Of a stretch of DNA of 64,000 nucleotides, positions 62,174-64,000 are shown in pieces. Numbering within the stretch: the first letter of the stretch is position 1; each line of letters opens with the position of its first letter. Made by a program: the position numbers and the translations under genes. A model generated the notes under the pieces. The model had not been told where the DNA came from, did no database searches, and worked only from the letters and a program-made list of their open reading frames with translations. Origin of the DNA: Lobosporangium transversale (lineage: Eukaryota); the NCBI RefSeq assembly GCF_002105155.1, contig NW_019029008.1:310001-374000 (forward strand), given 5' to 3'.

Positions 62174-62858
62174 ACTGTCCAATAAAGTAATCTTGACATT
62201 TCACACAATTTCTTTTTAAAAAGATATTGTGCTGCTGAGGTAAATTGTATTTGTAATGGGTGTTCCCCAGCAATGTGTGTGTTCAGTAGGTGTGCTACGG
62301 AGCAGTTTAAGACATCGGTCAATGAGTGTTGTATTCACAACAGGAGGGTCGTCCCAATAATAATCCACCTCAACTCCGGTGAAACATTTATCCGGTGGGT
62401 AGACTTGCAAATGCATTCTGTAAAAGAAAAAAAAAATATTGGAAGTCTACCCACCGCCAAGCCTGGTTCGTGTGCATGCTTTTAATACATAATATTCTCA
62501 TTGGAAGGTTTGGTGTCACTGGAGCCAGAGATTTGGAACTAACACCGCTTCTGGTCTGCATTTTTCCTCTATAATTCCTATGGAGATGAAGATGAAGGCA
62601 GCCTAGAAGGCGGTCATCCGAATCCAAGTAGTCACCCAAGATCCAAAGAATTGAGCAATATCCAGAAGTTGGCGAAAGGCGCATTGATATCGATGGAAAG
62701 ATCTTTGAAATATATTTAAAAAAAGTATGCAGTTTGAGGTAGTGAGGGGGTTGATCTTGTAGTTTTAAACACGTTGATCCAATATAGTTGGACAGATAGC
62801 TCGAGAATGGCGGTACATGGCTCACTCCACTTCCACATCCAAGCCAAGATACCAAAGC

Positions 62859-64000
62859 TCAATTGCCATAACTATGATTCAGGATCTCATCGTCAGCATT
62901 GGAAGAGGTGAGTGAATTGTTTAAGAAGGCATCCTGCAGTTTGAAGATACTTCGTGCATGATCCATCTTGACTTTATAACTTGGAGTCAAAACCTGTACA
63001 AGAGTGGCGTTATTACCATCTGGATATTCAAAGCTGTCCTGTGTCCAATGGCTATGATGCGCCTCGGCGGTGATATTGCGCAATGCTACCATGCGTTTGA
63101 TGTTGAGGAGCAAGCAGCACAGCTTGAATTGCAATGAAAAAGTGCTCTTCTCTGAGCTCTTCTCTGAGACTCTATTCACCACAGTGTTGCTGAATTTGTT
63201 GAAGGTGGTCTGCATTTCCCCAAAATAGCTTTCAATCCTTGAGCGAAAGCTGCCAAACATGTCGTTATATCTACTCTCGCTGTCTGTCAATGCAATTCCT
63301 TTGCATTTGCGGATTGGGCAGCTGAAATTTGACGATTTCAATATTCCACTGCCTGTTATAATGCCCTCAATATACTGTGTATAGCCACCATCTAGAGCAA
63401 TGCAATCAAGGGGATGGATCTTCTTCTCAATAGCCATTCTAGAAAGCATGGTTCCATCATTAAAATCGCGGCATTTACCGGGCTGAGATACAAAAACAAC
63501 CATACCATTAATATCGCAGCATACCTGCGTGCGGAATCCTGACTTTTTGAGTTTGTATGAATACATGCTAGCTTTATCTGCATTGATGTAAGCGACTCGG
63601 CTGTCATGACCATCGAGGTGCATCGTGATGTGTTGAATGACTCTGGATTCACATCCCGTGAAGAGAGCAAACGCAGCCTTATGCTTGAACACATACTTGC
63701 CAAATAGGCGGTCAGTTTCCCTTCTAAAACATGTGCCTCCCTGCCAAAAAAAGTCCTTATAGACATCATGAAACGAACTTTTGGGCAAGAATGCACCCAT
63801 CTCACCAGTTGGAATACCTTTCAACAGCATATAAAGTATAAGCACGCCTTTCTCAGCATTCCTGTATGGGCCAGGATAAGGCCTCGTGCCAAAAATCACA
63901 GCCAGGAAAAAGTACACAGGAATGATGCCCAACTTGTTCTGTACAAAGTCTTTGATCTTTCGAATATCTTGTATATCTTTGATCTCAGTACGGTGGAATT
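62859..64000 (-). mobile_element. IS5/PIF-Harbinger-like (DDE_Tnp_4) transposase, 5'-truncated by the window edge, probably with two compensating frameshifts
   Basis: HLDGHD, YSYKLKKSGFRTQVCCD..G, NDGTML, ALDGGY, PIRK..LT..E..YN..RSRIESYFG. The frame is open to position 64000. Confidence 0.8.

Noticed and set aside
62170..62505. RuvC/poxvirus A22 resolvase-like start MRILCIKSMHTNQAW on the minus strand
   Set aside because: The catalytic D-x-G is missing and the frames are broken. Too weak without a profile search.

Overview
Eukaryotic, intron-rich fungal DNA. Gene content, GT-AG introns of about 80-1200 nt and abundant 20-35 nt poly(A/T) tracts point to an early-diverging fungus, most likely Mortierellaceae; that placement is my inference. 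Bases 1-55 kb hold ordinary host genes: a truncated hypothetical gene, DUS1, two paralogous GT49 (LARGE/B4GAT1-like) glycosyltransferases, a Q-rich triple C2H2 zinc-finger factor, SEC5, a GT41 O-GlcNAc transferase, NOP56 head-to-head with NOT4, a divergent B-type cyclin and an intronless GNAT-like gene. Bases 55-64 kb are a mobile-element nest: a PD-(D/E)XK-like pseudogene split by a 423-bp hAT-type element with an 8-bp TSD and a duplicated right end, a decayed hAT transposase, an intact DD35E Tc1-like element, an intronless ORF resembling the DUF3627 domain of large DNA viruses, and an IS5/PIF-Harbinger-type transposase with apparent compensating frameshifts. The best leads are the virus-like ORF, the composite hAT element, the GT49x2 + OGT neighbourhood, a strong hairpin in a NOT4 intron and a cyclin lacking its MRAIL patch. 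All family calls come from motif recognition by eye; no database search was run.
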